Below, piece after piece: positions 1 through 12,914 of a stretch of DNA of 64,000 nucleotides (position 1 is its first letter; each line of letters starts with the position of its first letter). The DNA comes from Camelus ferus. Its lineage: Eukaryota. Location of the stretch: contig NC_045697.1 in the NCBI RefSeq assembly GCF_009834535.1, positions 100,752,001-100,816,000 of the forward strand, read 5' to 3'. The notes under the pieces were generated by a model. That model was not told where the DNA came from. It ran no database searches and saw only the letters and a program-made list of their open reading frames with translations. Position numbers and translations under genes: made by a program.

Positions 1-94
1 CACCATATCGGTATGGAAAATACAGATATATTATTTCAAAGCTTGTGGTTTGGTCCTATGTGTTTTTTAAAAAATTATTAATTAATGAGCTAAT

Positions 95-735
95 CCCATA
101 AACATTTCTTGATCCAGTCTATATGTTGGGTACTTGATACTGGAAATACAGCACTGAAGAAACCATTCAACAGACTTGCCTTTAGGGAGCGTACAGTTTA
201 GTGAAAGAATAAGACTAGTGAACAAACAAAAAGTAAAACACATAGTATGTTAGAGGCTGATAAATGTTGTGGATAAAAAGAAGGCTTGGAAGGGGAATAA
301 AAGCTTGTGTGTGCTGTAGGGTGGTGTTATTACAGTGTTAAGAAGGGGGTAAAGAAAGATCTTCCTAAGACCAAGGGAAAACCCCAGAAGCTGAGCACAG
401 AAATCACAGATAAATGGGGGAAGAGGGTTCCAGGCAAACTGCAAATGCCCTGAGGTGAAGGTTTTGGAAAGGAGAGTGACACGATCTGACTTATTTTTAA
501 AGGATTGCCTCAAGTACTCTCTGAGAATAAACAGAAAGGTGGCTGAAGAGGGGGCACGGGAAGGCAAAGGCAGATGCAGAGAGAACAGCCAGGAGTTATT
601 TCAGTAATTACAAACATGGTCTGAGATTGGGTTAGAATGAGAGTAACACGTGTGGTGAGATGTGGTCAGAATATATCCTGAAGTAGAACTGCTCATGGAT
701 GGGATGTAGGGGATGACAGGAAGGGAAATTGAGCA
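95..735 (-). mobile_element. L2 LINE 3' fragment, part 1 (interrupted by MER44)
   Basis: Reverse-complement L2 3' end pattern (aaacatttcttga...ctatatgttgggtac...gcctttagggagcgtacagtttagtg) followed by the purine-rich L2 body; boundaries approximate. Confidence 0.75.
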
Positions 736-1565
736 CAGTCATCTCCCCTTATCTGTGGGGGATACGTTCCAAGACCTTCAGTGGATGCCTGAAACGGCGG
801 AGAGTACCGGACCCAATGTCTGCAATGGTTTTTCCTATACATACATACCTATGATAAAGTTTAATCTGTAAATTGGACACAGTAAGAGATAAACAACAAC
901 AAATAACAAAATAGGACAATTATAACAGTATACTTTAATAGAAGTGGTGTGAATGTGGGCTCTCTCTCTCAGAATATCTTATTGTACAAATTGAATGCCT
1001 TTTCCATTTTGACTAAACACTTATCACACACTGTGGCTGTAACATTTGCGGTTTGAGGTGTGACAGCAAAACGAGCACAAATTTTCTTTTCCTTCTTAAC
1101 AATTTCACAGACAGAAGACTTCTTCTTACCATAAATCTTAGCAACCTCAGCATACAAATTTTTTTCTTTCCTTGTTAACTTGAGAACTTGCATTTTTTTC
1201 ACTTAAAGGAAGCACACAGCTTCTCTTTGGCATACCTGAATTGCCAGCAACACTTGCACTTTGGTGCCACTATTAAGTAAATTAAGAGTTATTTGAACAC
1301 AAGCACTATGATAATGATACTTTGACAGTTGATCTTATACCCAAGATGGCTCCTAAGTGACTAATATGCTGGAAAAGGGGTGATTCACGTCCCAGGTGGG
1401 TCAGAGCAGGAGGAGGGAGATTTCATCATGCTACTCAGAATGGTGCATGACTTAAAATTTATGAATTGTTTATTTCTGGAATTCTTCATGTAATAGTTTC
1501 GGGCTGTGGTTGACCATAGTAACTAATTCTGCAGAAAGTGAAACCGCAGACAAGGGGAACCACTG
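736..1565 (-). mobile_element. MER44/Tigger7-family non-autonomous DNA transposon (TcMar-Tigger)
   Basis: Inverted termini cagtcatctccccttatctgtgg and ccgcagacaaggggaaccactg; TA at 1566-1567 and CA (mutated TA) at 734-735; internal transposase remnant. Confidence 0.9.
969..1202 (-). pseudogene. Remnant of Tigger7-type transposase N-terminal HTH (psq/CENP-B-like) region inside MER44
   Basis: ORF translation ...RKEKNLYAEVAKIYGKKKSSVCEIVKKEKKICARFAVTPQTANVTATVCDKCLVKMEKAFNL resembles a Tigger transposase N-terminus; no DDE domain follows. Confidence 0.75.
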
Positions 1566-1567
1566 TA

Positions 1568-2070
1568 ACTGGAGGGGTGACATTGCCGATAGCTAAGTTG
1601 GGAAAGACTATAAGGTGAATGCATGTAGAAGGAAGATCTCAAGTGCAGTTTTGGGCATTTTAAATTGAAGATGCCTCTACGTGGGTGAAAGAAGTTCAGA
1701 GGGAGGAACAGAACTGTTGGTCCACGGATGACATTTGAAACTATGATATCCATTGAGATTAGATGAAATTACCTAGACTACGAGTAGGAAATAGTCGATT
1801 TCCTTGGGCATCAATGCATTAAGAGACCAGAGAGATGAGGAAGAAATGTGAGCCAGTGAGGAAAGGTGTGCTGAAAGCGAAGAAAGCATACAGAAGAGGA
1901 GCGAGTCATTACCTGAAGCAATGCTGCTGGCTGGTCAAGTTCCACAATGATGACAAATTAATCCTTGGATTTAGCACACTGTCGGAAATTGGTGGCTTTG
2001 CTAAAAACAGCTTTGGTAGAATAGTAAAGATGAAAGACTAATTAGAAAAGATTTTTAAAAGAGATTATGT
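1568..2070 (-). mobile_element. L2 LINE fragment, part 2 (continues after MER44)
   Basis: L2-like text resumes right after the TA (gtgcagttttgggcattttaaattgaagatgcct...ccttggatttagcac). Confidence 0.7.
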
Positions 2071-2419
2071 ATTTGAAACTCAATGACTGGCTACTACTTA
2101 CTAACTAAAAATCAGATTAAAAAGTGTCAGAAGGTAGGCTACAAAATATTGCAAGTGGGATTTTTTTTTAAAAATCACTGTAAGTGATGCATATTAATGA
2201 ATAGCCATCTACCAGCTAGAAATATGCTGAGAAAAGAGTTGGCGTAGATGTGAAACTGCTGACTGGGAAAATAAGACAAGACTGTAACTACTAGAAGTCA
2301 CACTATTGCAATATATTGGTCAAAGAGTTCTATTTATATTCTATGGAATGAAGTAGGGTCTAATACCAGCATGGGGCACGGAAGAAAGTTAATCTAAGGT
2401 TGGATTGAAGCAGCATTTT

Positions 2420-2464
2420 TTAAATTTTATGTATTTATTTTAATTTTTTTTATTGAAGCAGAGA
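2420..2464 (-). mobile_element. Extremely 5'-truncated L1-type tail insertion with 14-bp TSD
   Basis: tgaagcagcatttt at 2406-2419 and 2465-2478 flank a T-rich tract ending ttttttattgaag, matching the rc of the L1 3' end seen at ~41500 (cttcaata). Confidence 0.6.
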
Positions 2465-2689
2465 TGAAGCAGCATTTTAAAATTTTCCCAGATTGAATTG
2501 AGTTTGAAAGTTGAGATCACAGCCAGCAAAGATTTAATTGACATATTTGCATACTTCTGAAAACACTGAGAAAACCACCTTTGCATTTAGGACATTTTTA
2601 TGTCCCATAAAAATATTTATGATCAATATAGAAAGTTATGTACTACTTAAATATGGCAAAATCAAAATAAGCAACGTTCAAGAGACGAA

Positions 2690-2815
2690 GTCAAATCAAT
2701 AAACATTAATTGAGTAACTGCTGTTATGAAAGGCATTGTGATAATGTCTTGTGGAATACAAATATATAGCATGTCACAGATTTTGCCTTGAATGATCTTA
2801 AAGTTTATTTGTAAA
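2690..2815 (-). mobile_element. L2 3' end fragment
   Basis: tcaataaacattaattgagtaactgctgttatgaaaggcattgtg resembles the rc L2 terminus. Confidence 0.55.
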
Positions 2816-4642
2816 GAAAACAAAAGGCTAAATGCTAAATCACTATTTGTGACTTAAAAATTAGTTAAAGAGAAAAATCTAATAGCTGTTGTAAATTGGC
2901 ATACGGTTAATAATACAGTCGAGGAGGCTTTTAATATTATAGGATGCTTTGAAAAGGAAGTGATTGACTCATTTTAGTAGGCTTTTTTAAACAGGTCAAA
3001 TTTTGAACAGTTATTAGACACAGGCACCTTCCTGATGCTCAACATCAACTAGGAGAAACATGAACAAAAAATTTTAACATAACTGCTAGCCAATCACGTA
3101 AAGGTATATGATTAGAGCTATAAGGCAAATAACTTTATGGAAAGGATTAAGGAGAGGTTTCACAGACCCAGAGCTTTGAACTGAGTTCTGAAAAATAGAT
3201 GACATCTAGAAAGCTAAATCAGAGAACAGAGACAAAAACAGCCCCAAGTCCTTTCACAGGACTCTACACAGAAGCAGTTATTTGTAGAGAATAATTCCTC
3301 ATTGGAAGGACATGATAAAATAAATGTAGAAATTTTTTTATGATGGTGTTGTCAGTAATAAACCAAAGAGAGAAGGGACGGAACATCAGAATAACAGTTA
3401 GAAAGTGTTTATCTTTAATTAAATACTGCATAAATTCTAAATATATTGGTGAACGTTATGTTTGGCCATTTCAATTAAAATGTCTATGTATTTACAAAAA
3501 TTTAATACCATCAAATGCTATGTTTCCCATATACTGGGTGACACCTGACTTAAATTAAAAATATGGTATTTAGGAACTAATAACTATGTCTGCCTTGATA
3601 CCTTTGTAAACTAATATGTTATTCAAAGTATAATTCTTTAAAAAGTTAAAATAATGAATCACATAAATATACAGTGAGAACAAGTCAAATATGCTTAACT
3701 TATTAATGAGGGAAACAGCAGAACAATCCAGCTACATTAAGAAGCATCAAAGAGATTTATACAGTCAACTTAGCATGGCATGCTGAAAAAACTTGAAGTT
3801 AGACACAAAACCGGTTAATATCTTACAGGGCAATAAAATAGTAACCTTTTCTATCAGACAGCAATCATTTGCATCTTCAACAGACAAACTCTGACAACAA
3901 ACAGAAAAAACCTCTGCTTCAAACCTTGTTAAAGTAAACATATAATCGCACAGGCCTTGTCACGAGTTAAGTAATGAATCAACTTAAGCAGACCATATAG
4001 AGAAATAATTTGTGGGTGGGTCTATTAGACAATGCTCCACTATGACCTTGAAAAGGCATGCAGTCATGCTTTTTCCTTATTTAAAAACTTTCTGGTAGCT
4101 TTTCGTAGACTTTCCTTGTGAACATAAATAATCATCAGAGATTATATTGTTTATCACAAAAAGGCTCATCCCCTGTTCCATCTATTAAATTCAGCAATTA
4201 ACATATGAACATGTCCTTTCTGAATGGTCCTCTAATCTAGAGTTTTACAAAGCTAGAAGAACACTAAGCCCATAGAATTAAATTCTGTGTGGAGATTTCA
4301 TTAAGAATATAAGAAAGTACTTTTTAAAGCTTCCATTATTTACTCTTCTTTCTCAAGGTACAAACCAAACACAAGAGATTTATCTCCACCAAGTTTTGCT
4401 TGCAGTATATGTAATGATGCTGAATTCCTCTCTCTTTGAGGCCTTCAAAATCTGCTGAGGTTCCTGGACTCTCAGGACTTTCTTCAATATCTGTAAGGCA
4501 AGGATCCTATTTTTAGGCCAGTATCCTGGAAGAGCTATGAAGATATTCGTCACATAAAAGGTACAACCCCTTTTCCTTACTTGTGAGCTTTTTATATGTG
4601 AATAAAGAAGATTTAGTCTCAAATATGACACTTCATCCATAC

Positions 4643-4676
4643 CTTTGGTTGTAAAATTGATTTGCCTAATTATATT
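4643..4676 (-). other. Candidate 34-nt exon (unverified)
   Basis: Minus strand ctttttctttttaaccag|AATATAATTAGGCAAATCAATTTTACAACCAAAG|gtatgg; one open frame (NIIRQINFTTK). Confidence 0.2.
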
Positions 4677-6684
4677 CTGGTTAAAAAGAAAAAGAATCGT
4701 AGTTAACCTATGTAAATATTTATATTGCTATGAAAAGGAGAGACTCAGTGTCTAGTCTTGTCCACTGATAGATCAGTGAGAAAAAGATAGCATTTTTTAA
4801 AAGTATCATTTCAATTTGCAAAACCATATTTCACTGAGAAATAGAGATGGCTTGCTCATGTATCCATCAGAAAACAGTGTATTAAAAAATCTTGCCAACA
4901 ATATTCTGAAGTGAATAACCACAATTAAATTTTCCAGTTTATTCAGTCTTACTTAATCATTTGTTTTTCCATTGGATCTTGGTCAGCAGTCTGCTTTCAT
5001 GAAGCTGTACGCTTCTTGATTAAAAAGAGCTCTGGAAATCTTGAATTTGTTCCCTGCCTAAATGATGTTGGCTTAGAAGCCTGCACTCAGAAGTCTTTCC
5101 CTCTAAGTATCAGTAACTAGTACCATCTTTCTCTGAGGCCCAAAGAACATACTTCTTTTCTGAGGACCCTATTTCTAGACTGCAGTTTATAATAAGCCTT
5201 TAGACAAATGCTGTTGATAAGACCAAATGACAGTGATTAATTTATTAGACTAGAATATTATGAGATTCAATGGGAATAACATTCTCTGTTGGGTCACAAT
5301 ACATAATGATATTTTAAGGATGGATTTGATCCCGGTTTCCCCTATGGGTCAAACATACAATGAAGTCTAAGGGCCTCAATCCTGGAGCCTTCTAATTCTT
5401 CCTATAATGTGGATAACCTCTGAAACATATTTGTATTAATAGTATTTTCCTGTACAAAACCAACTTAAAGTAGCATAGTTTCTCCTGATTTGATACCTCT
5501 TCCCAAGCAGCTCTGACAATAGTATTAAGCTAACTAAGAAAAGTTGAGCACATCAAACAACCTAATTATTACCAGTATCCCTCCTTTAATAAGATGAAAG
5601 AAGAATCTTCGTAGGGAGCCAGGGACCTCTGGAAAACCCCAAACATTATTTAGGTATTTAAAAATACCTTGAAAAAAATATTTTTCTCAATCTGATTTTA
5701 GAAGAGTAAAATCAAAAGCATTATCAGAGGAGATTAGACACTGGATTAAGACAGGGACATGAGTGCCTAAAAAAAATGGTTGTCGCCTGTCTACCTATTA
5801 ATCACAATGTCAAAAAAATTTTTTAAACATATATAGCAAAAGGTAACCTAATTGTAAGATACCTTCACTCTTTTGGAAGTAATTTTTGTTTTTTGTTTTT
5901 TTAAAGAAATAATCAAGGGTGTTAAAAGACAGCAGAACAAACAAAAATTATGCTGATGAGATACAGATTCTCTGCTGTCTGAGAATTACACAAAAACTAA
6001 AGAGTAACCCTTTGTCATTTCTTGTTAAGAAGAGCTGAATATTTCAAGTTCAATTTTAGCAGAAAGAATATTTGAATTCTGATATTGCATTAATAGAATA
6101 TTTGACAGTAAGGAACTAACAAACCTTCTCCTCTTGTGAACAAATCCATCAAAACACATTTCATTGCTTCTTTTTAGACACATCTTTCGGGTATTATAAC
6201 CCAAGTCAAGGAAAATTTACTTTCCTTAAACCTTCTATAACTCACTATAGCCACTCAAATCTTGTCACCCCCTATATTCTTTCAAATTCTTGAATAATCT
6301 GACCCTTTATTTTAGGACAAAACTATTCTCTAGTTCCTTTAAAAAAATACATTCTATCTATCTTGTATACACAAGTTGTATTTATTTTCTATTATTTTTC
6401 TGCATAGAGTCTCATCCAGCCATGTTAATTACCTCTTTTAACCAAAGTACCAAGTTGTGCTTCACAGCAAAAAATAAGAGGTATGTAATTGAGAATGGAC
6501 TTTTATAAGCATTTTGCCAGACCAGAGAAGCTCGTGAGTATACATTATACAACCTCTAAAATCACATTCTTTTACACTCTTACAGTAGCAAAAATAAAGA
6601 TGTTCATTAACACTTCTCAAAGGTAGAGACATTCAGTACCATTTTTAAATAAAAATTATCTTTGATGACCAGATTTTCAGTGTT

Positions 6685-7110
6685 CTATGTTACTTATAAT
6701 CTATGCTTACATGGATTTATGATGAACACCTGCTCTCCTTCTGAGTGTCTGGGATTTTGGTAATTATGGCTGGTAGTGCAGGTAGAAAGTGTTTGCGTGA
6801 CCAGCTTCCAATAAAAACCCTCTGCTATCTCTCAGAAGCAGGCTTCTCTACCCAGAAAGACTATATACATGTCCTCAGTTTACTGCTGAAGAAAGAATCG
6901 TGTTCTGTGCAACTCTGGCCAGGAAGAGCTTTGGAAGTTGTGTCTGGATCTCTCCAGACCCCATTGGATGAGTCTTTTATACTGGCTGGTTCTGTTTTGT
7001 GTCACTTCCCTGTAATAAACCATAGCCATGGGTATAATTAAGGCCCTCAGAGTCCCATAAGTCCTAGTGAATCACTGAACACGTGGGTGGTCTGGGGACA
7101 CTCAAACACA
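6685..7110 (+). mobile_element. ERVL-class LTR, MER68/MER77/MER21-like
   Basis: gtgaccagcttccaataaaaaccct, ctgtaataaaccatagccatgggtataa and terminal gaatcactgaacacgtgggtggtctggggacactcaaacaca resemble MER68/77 LTRs. Confidence 0.7.
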
Positions 7111-10100
7111 TACAAACCAAAGACTTCAATCCAGAGTTCCTGTAGTGGCTCACGCTTAGAGAATAGATGCCCAACATCTCAGTGGAGATCACAAAACTGG
7201 ATTCCTAAATAGTGTCACCAGTTCTTGGGAATAACTTACTGACATTTGCAAACCAGAAGCAGAACCAAAGTTATCCATAAACCAGAAATGAAAACAAAAC
7301 AGCGCAGGGGAAAACAAGTCAGCAAAGCTAAGTTTCTATCACCACTTTTGATTCACTCTGGATGAGCAAACTAAGGTACAGATAGATAAAGTCGCCTGAA
7401 GGATCACTTAAAATACAAGTTTATATAATTAATAGAGTAGGGCATGCTGAGATAAGTATTTTAAGAGTGAGAGAAAATTGGTTAATGCCCTACAGGGTAA
7501 TAAAGCCATAATCTTTGGAGTTACTTTTCTAACTGACAAAAATCATTTATTTATGTCTCTTTCAGACAAAAGTCAACATGTATTTTACAGAATCTGGGTA
7601 TTTATCAATGACTCAAACAAAGGTGCATCCCTAGAAAAATATATAATTCTTAAGAATCTATTAGGCAATGTTCCAGCATGGCATTACAAAGAAATGCAGT
7701 CATCCTTTTGCTCTATTTTGAAGTTTTCGATAATTTCTTATCAAAGTGATAAAAAAGTCTACTGGGTAATAAACAGTTGCATACTTTATAGGATCCTAAA
7801 GGATATACGTGGTTATAGCTGGAAAAGAGATTTAAATCAGAAATAAAACTTACTTATACAATCTTAATTCAAACATTGATAACTTATGACAAAAGACCAT
7901 TTGCTGTGGGCTATGCTGGTACTGTGCCAACACCAGGATAAAATAATGAGGAATGTATCTTTCAGGAGGGACATATCACACTGTGTTCCTTCTAATCAAA
8001 CCGGTGGAATTGACTTGTGCTTCTCTGAGGTATGCAGTATCATGGAAAAGGTTTCTCAGGATAAGCACTGCAGCTTTACAAAACTTCCTGTCTGTGAATA
8101 AATGGAGATAGTTACTATGTACTACTCACAACTGAGACTGTAGTCTGCAATACCTATGTCATGCTGCCATGTGATTCCTCAAAAATAAAAATAACTTTCC
8201 GTAGGTACATGCTAGCTGAGATCAAGCTGGATGGCCCAGAAGGAAGGAGGGATTAATGAATAGTTTTGACAAAAAACAAGGGCTATGTACTAACGCATTG
8301 TGGAAGAAAACTTGGTGAAAAATAAATAGACTTATCTAATATTTATGACCCTATTTCGTGACATCTCCAGAAACTGAACTGAAGTCTGATAAACTAAAAA
8401 AAGAGCTGTTTGCCTTTCATTGCACCAGATGACAGAGAATCCTGCCTGTGAAATGAAGGGTTCATTACGTTTGAGCTACCTACGTCTTGCAAGGAGATTG
8501 ATACTACTCTTGTTACTTTCTGCACCTATTTAAGGACTAGTATCACCTTCCACATTTCACAGATGAGCGCTGAATATTTCTCAGGAAACCCTTACATTGA
8601 TAATGATTAGAGTCTGCTTTTCTCATAACTCTCATACATAGAATCAGGCCAACACATTTGAAAGAGTAGCACAGACAATTACAAATCCAAGTCCTGACCG
8701 ACGGAACACTAATAGGAAAGAAATATTTGGCAGAAATCCCAAAGTCAAGAGATGAGCAAAAAAACTAAAATTGAGGACAAATAATGATTTTTGTTTTAAT
8801 CTCAAATGACGAAAAGCTTGAATCTTTAAAAATAGCTTGCAATTTGCAATTCAGATTTTTTCTCATTCTTAAATATGCAATAAGGAAAAGAACAGTTAAG
8901 TCACTGCTGTGACCTTTGAAAAGGGCTTATAGTTTTCTGGGAGCTGCTATGGCTGGTTAATAGAAATCAGACATGGTCCAAGTCGCTAAAATGCTAAAAT
9001 CACATTATAAGGAAAAGAAAGTATAACCTGAAAACCCTAAACTTCTTTGGACTTTCCCTCCCTCCATTACCAGGGAACAGAATGACAAACTGTGTGCCAT
9101 ATGGAGAACACAGACTCTTCTCTATCTGGTTCTCTTGTTCTGGCTCTTTCCATAAGCTTCTCCAGTGATCACTCCAGGGGTGTCGTACCTGAAACTCTCG
9201 GCAGTGGTTCTCTTTCTGCAAAGCTTGACTCCATTGGGGGAATGACTCCCACATTAATTTCACCCAAACAGCACTCATGTCAGGCTGAAGTACTTAATGA
9301 AATTGTATTAAAGGCTTAATAATAATAATGATGGACTCAATTACATAGAAAATTTAAAACCGGATACAAGTAGTAATATTTCCATAATCTCATACCAACA
9401 CGCATTCTTGGAGTGTTCTTTCCTGAGTCTTTTTTCTCAGACCTCAACTTGTGAGTTTCCATCTTAACTAAAAACTAGGAAAGCAGTAACAACAAGAATG
9501 AAGCCCCTTTTCAATAGCTCTTAATCCAAAGCCTCAAACAGTTTCATCTGGCCCTAGGCCAAGATATAAAAATATTAATATTAACCTCCTTAATCTGTTC
9601 CAACATGTCGCATGCCTGTGATATTAAATAACTCAGTTTGAAGCACAGTATTTGCATTATTTTGCTGGGCTCACAACTTTTAAGTATCTTAGTCTAATGC
9701 TCTGTCTTTTTGTTATTTTGCCAGTACAGAATTTTCCCAAGAAAATGTTTTATCAATGTAGCTCCTTCCAATTCAAAGTGTAAACTTTTATCTCATCCCT
9801 GAAGTGCTGAAACTGTCTGTGATCCCTGAAGTCACAACCTCTGTAGCTTCACTAGTTTTAATACTGAAGATCACTTCCAAAAATCAGTGGAACGTTTTGT
9901 GCAAACAGGCACTCAAGTCTTTATGATGAGAAAGGGAAAAGAGGGTTGCTCTCAAATTTCTAATGGCCATTTTAGTAAATGACTATTATTCAAAGATTTT
10001 TTTTTAATGAAAAGTCAAGCCACAGATTGGCAGAAAATATTTGGAAATTACATATCCAACAAAGAACTAATATCTAGAATATGAGCTGAATATCTAGACT

Positions 10101-10754
10101 ATGACAAGTCAACAGTGAAAACTCAAATAATTCAGTTAAAAATAGAGCAAAAGTCATGAAGATTCATTTCACTGCAGAGGACAAACATGACAAATAAGCA
10201 CATGAGAAGTTGTTCACTGTCATCAGCCACTAAGGAAATGCAAGAGAAAACCACAATGAGAATCACCAAACACCGATCAGAATGGCTGAAACAGGAGCAA
10301 TGACAACACCAAATGCTGGTGAGGATGGGGAGAAACTGGGTCCCTCACACCTTATTGGTGGGAGTATAAAATGGCATAACTTTGAAAAATATTTTGGCAC
10401 TTTCCTAAAAAAAAAAAAACAACAACAAATATACAATTACCATATAATCTAGAAATTGTACTTAAGGGCATTTATCTGAGAAAAATGGAAACATATTCAT
10501 GCAAAAACCTGTCCATGAATGTTTATAACAGCTTTATTTGTAATAGCTAAAAACTGCAAATAACCAGATGTCCTTCAATGGGTAAATGGTTAAACAAAAA
10601 CTGTGAAATATCCAAACCATGGAATTTACTCAGTAATAAAGGAAATGAACTGTCAATACATGCAACAATCTGGATCAGTCTCCAAAGAATTATAATGAAT
10701 GAAAAAAAAAAAGACCAGTCCTAAAAAGCTGCATTCTGTATGATTCCACTGAGC

Positions 10755-10890
10755 TTTTTTTTTTTTTTTTTTGACATGGGGAGGTAGTTAGGTTTACTTA
10801 TTTATTTTTGGAGGAGGTGCTGGGGATTGCACCTAGGACCTCGTGCAAGCTAAGCATGCGCTCTACAGCTTGAGCTACACCCTCCCCCCC
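10755..10890 (-). mobile_element. tRNA-Ala-derived SINE (camelid Vic-1 type, long-tail form)
   Basis: rc reads ggg-tgtagctcaagctgtagagcgcatgcttagcttgcacgaggtcctaggtgcaatccccagcacctcc, then aaataagtaaacctaactacctcccc and poly(A). Confidence 0.85.
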
Positions 10891-11054
10891 AAATCTAACA
10901 TTCTTAAAACTACAAAATTATAGAAAAGGAAAGGAGATTGGTGGTTACCAGGAATTAAGTAAGGAGAGGTTGGAAGTGGGAGGGAACTGGATGTAGCTAT
11001 TAATAGGGCAACTTGAGGGATTTTTGTGCTGGTGGACATACTCTTTTCTATAAT

Positions 11055-11712
11055 TGTTGTCAGTGGATCCAACAGGTGTTCCAGGTTCTTGTCCTATCCC
11101 AGAAAGAATTCAGAGACAAGACACAGAGGTTAAGAAAGTAAAGTGAGGATTTATTAAGGGATGGATAGTACACTCTCAGGGGGAGAGCGGGCAGGCTCAG
11201 GTGAGCGGCTGCCCTGAGTTTCTTTGGCAAGTTAGTTACATAGGGTGTAAAAATGAATGGGCAGAATATTCATTGGGGAGGGAAGGGCTTGGGGTCATTT
11301 TCCCTGATTATCATCCCAACTCCACCTTCCCAAAGGGAGGAGGGATTTTTGTCCTCATTTAGTCTGGATGGGAACTGTCATGGTGTCGGTGCATAATGGG
11401 TACTTCTGACCTGCAAGGCTAATTTTATTGAAATTAGGGCATAATGAGCAAAAGGTTACATTTGGACACTGGAAATTCCTGCCTTTTCTCACCTTTCTTT
11501 GTTCTTCTCCAGGCCACTTGTCACCCCAAAAAGCATGATCCCTTATCAGCCCAAAGATTCCTGCTTTTCTTTCTCTGCCCAGGGACCCCTGCCACTTACA
11601 TGATGTGTGGTTTCCTGCATTTGGCCTGTGCCCCTCCTTTCTGCCCAATTCCTGCCATTTGGTCTGTGTCCCCCTTTCTCTGCTTATATCTAGCTATCTG
11701 CCTGCTCTGACA
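11055..11712 (-). mobile_element. Solo ERV LTR (ERV1-like)
   Basis: TG...CA termini; AATAAA on the minus strand at ~11150-11155; probable 4-bp TSD taat/taac; interrupts the L1 3'UTR. Confidence 0.75.
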
Positions 11713-12914
11713 TAACAATCTTAACTGTATCACCATCAGTTTCCTGCTTGTGATATTTTTCTGTAGTTTGCAAGATGTTACCACAAGGGGAAACGGGACA
11801 AAGTGTCCTTGGGATCTCTCTGTATTATGTCTTAACAACTGCATGGAAACCTATAAACATACCAAACGTAAACGTTTAATTTAAAAAATTATGGCTCAAC
11901 ATTCCATTTTAAAATATCATTGTAGGTCCAGGTTCCCACTAAAATGTTGAACCAGCAAGACGGCTGGATTCCTCACTGCAAAGTCAATCCCTAAACGACT
12001 GTAGGGGAAAACAAAGGGAAAAAAAAAGTAAAAGAAAAGAAAATCAGAAAATGATTTTAAAACTCCTGGTGTGGCAGGGATTATTTTGAAGCCTTGTGTA
12101 GAAATGTGGTTTTCACCCAGGGGAGAAAACAGCCAGGTGAGATGTGGAAGGATAAAATGTAAGGGAACTGCTGGAGTTCACCTTTTGTTTCTCCCCTGAC
12201 ATTGCCTAGGGACAAACGGTGCCCGTCCTGGCACCTGCTGCTGCCCAAAGCTCCAGTCGAGCTGTCATCAAAAGTAAACTCATGCCAGATAAGAAGCCTT
12301 GTGCTATGCGCATCAGATTAAAAGAAAACAATCATAATAAAAAGAACTACGTTTAGGTAGTCACTTTCCAACACTTCCCTTTTCAAATTTTCCAAGGACT
12401 GGTGAATTACACTTTAAAGAGGCACTTCTTCTGATACATGGATCTATCAGGAAATAAAGGCTTTATCTGAGAGGACTTAGGAGTGTTTTGTTATTTTATT
12501 TTCCTTTTAGAAAATTTAAGGGTTCATTCACCCTTAATTCCATGAGATCATTGAGCTTCCCTGAACTGGAGATGGCTTTCCCCCAACATGCACCACCTGA
12601 CAGCATAGCTAGTACCAAAAAAAAGAAAAAAAAAAAAAGAAAGAAAAAAAAAAACAGAAAACAAAACCTCACAGGCCAAAATAATAAAACTTTTGAAAAG
12701 TCCAACTATTTAAGAAGAAAGACAACATACTGCATGAAAGATTCCATTAAAGCAAAAGTACAAAAACAAAAGAACCAAGACTTTAAAATTAGCCTGATAA
12801 ACACATGAAAATAGGTAAGGGAAGATATTAGCAATATGAAATAAACATTTAAAAATTTAGCTGTATTTGTTATAAAACATAAATAGAATAGAGTTATAGA
12901 AAAATGAACTTCAA

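Larger units (their letters stand above)
10005..11885 (+). mobile_element. Old L1 (L1MC/L1MD-type) ORF2 end and 3'UTR, split by a SINE and an LTR
   Basis: caagccacagattggcagaaaatattt..., ccaaatgctggtgaggatggggagaaactgg, tgtccttcaatgggtaaatggttaaacaaa; the 3'UTR resumes after each insert (ttgcaagatgttacc...gggatctctctgtatt) and ends in an A-rich tail. Confidence 0.85.

Noticed and set aside
5652..5669. 8-bp inverted repeat aggtattt-aa-aaatacct
   Set aside because: Short and AT-rich; expected by chance in 64 kb
12488..12808. Lys-rich ORF resembling a nuclear localisation signal
   Set aside because: The poly-Lys comes from an A-rich low-complexity tract at ~12617-12665
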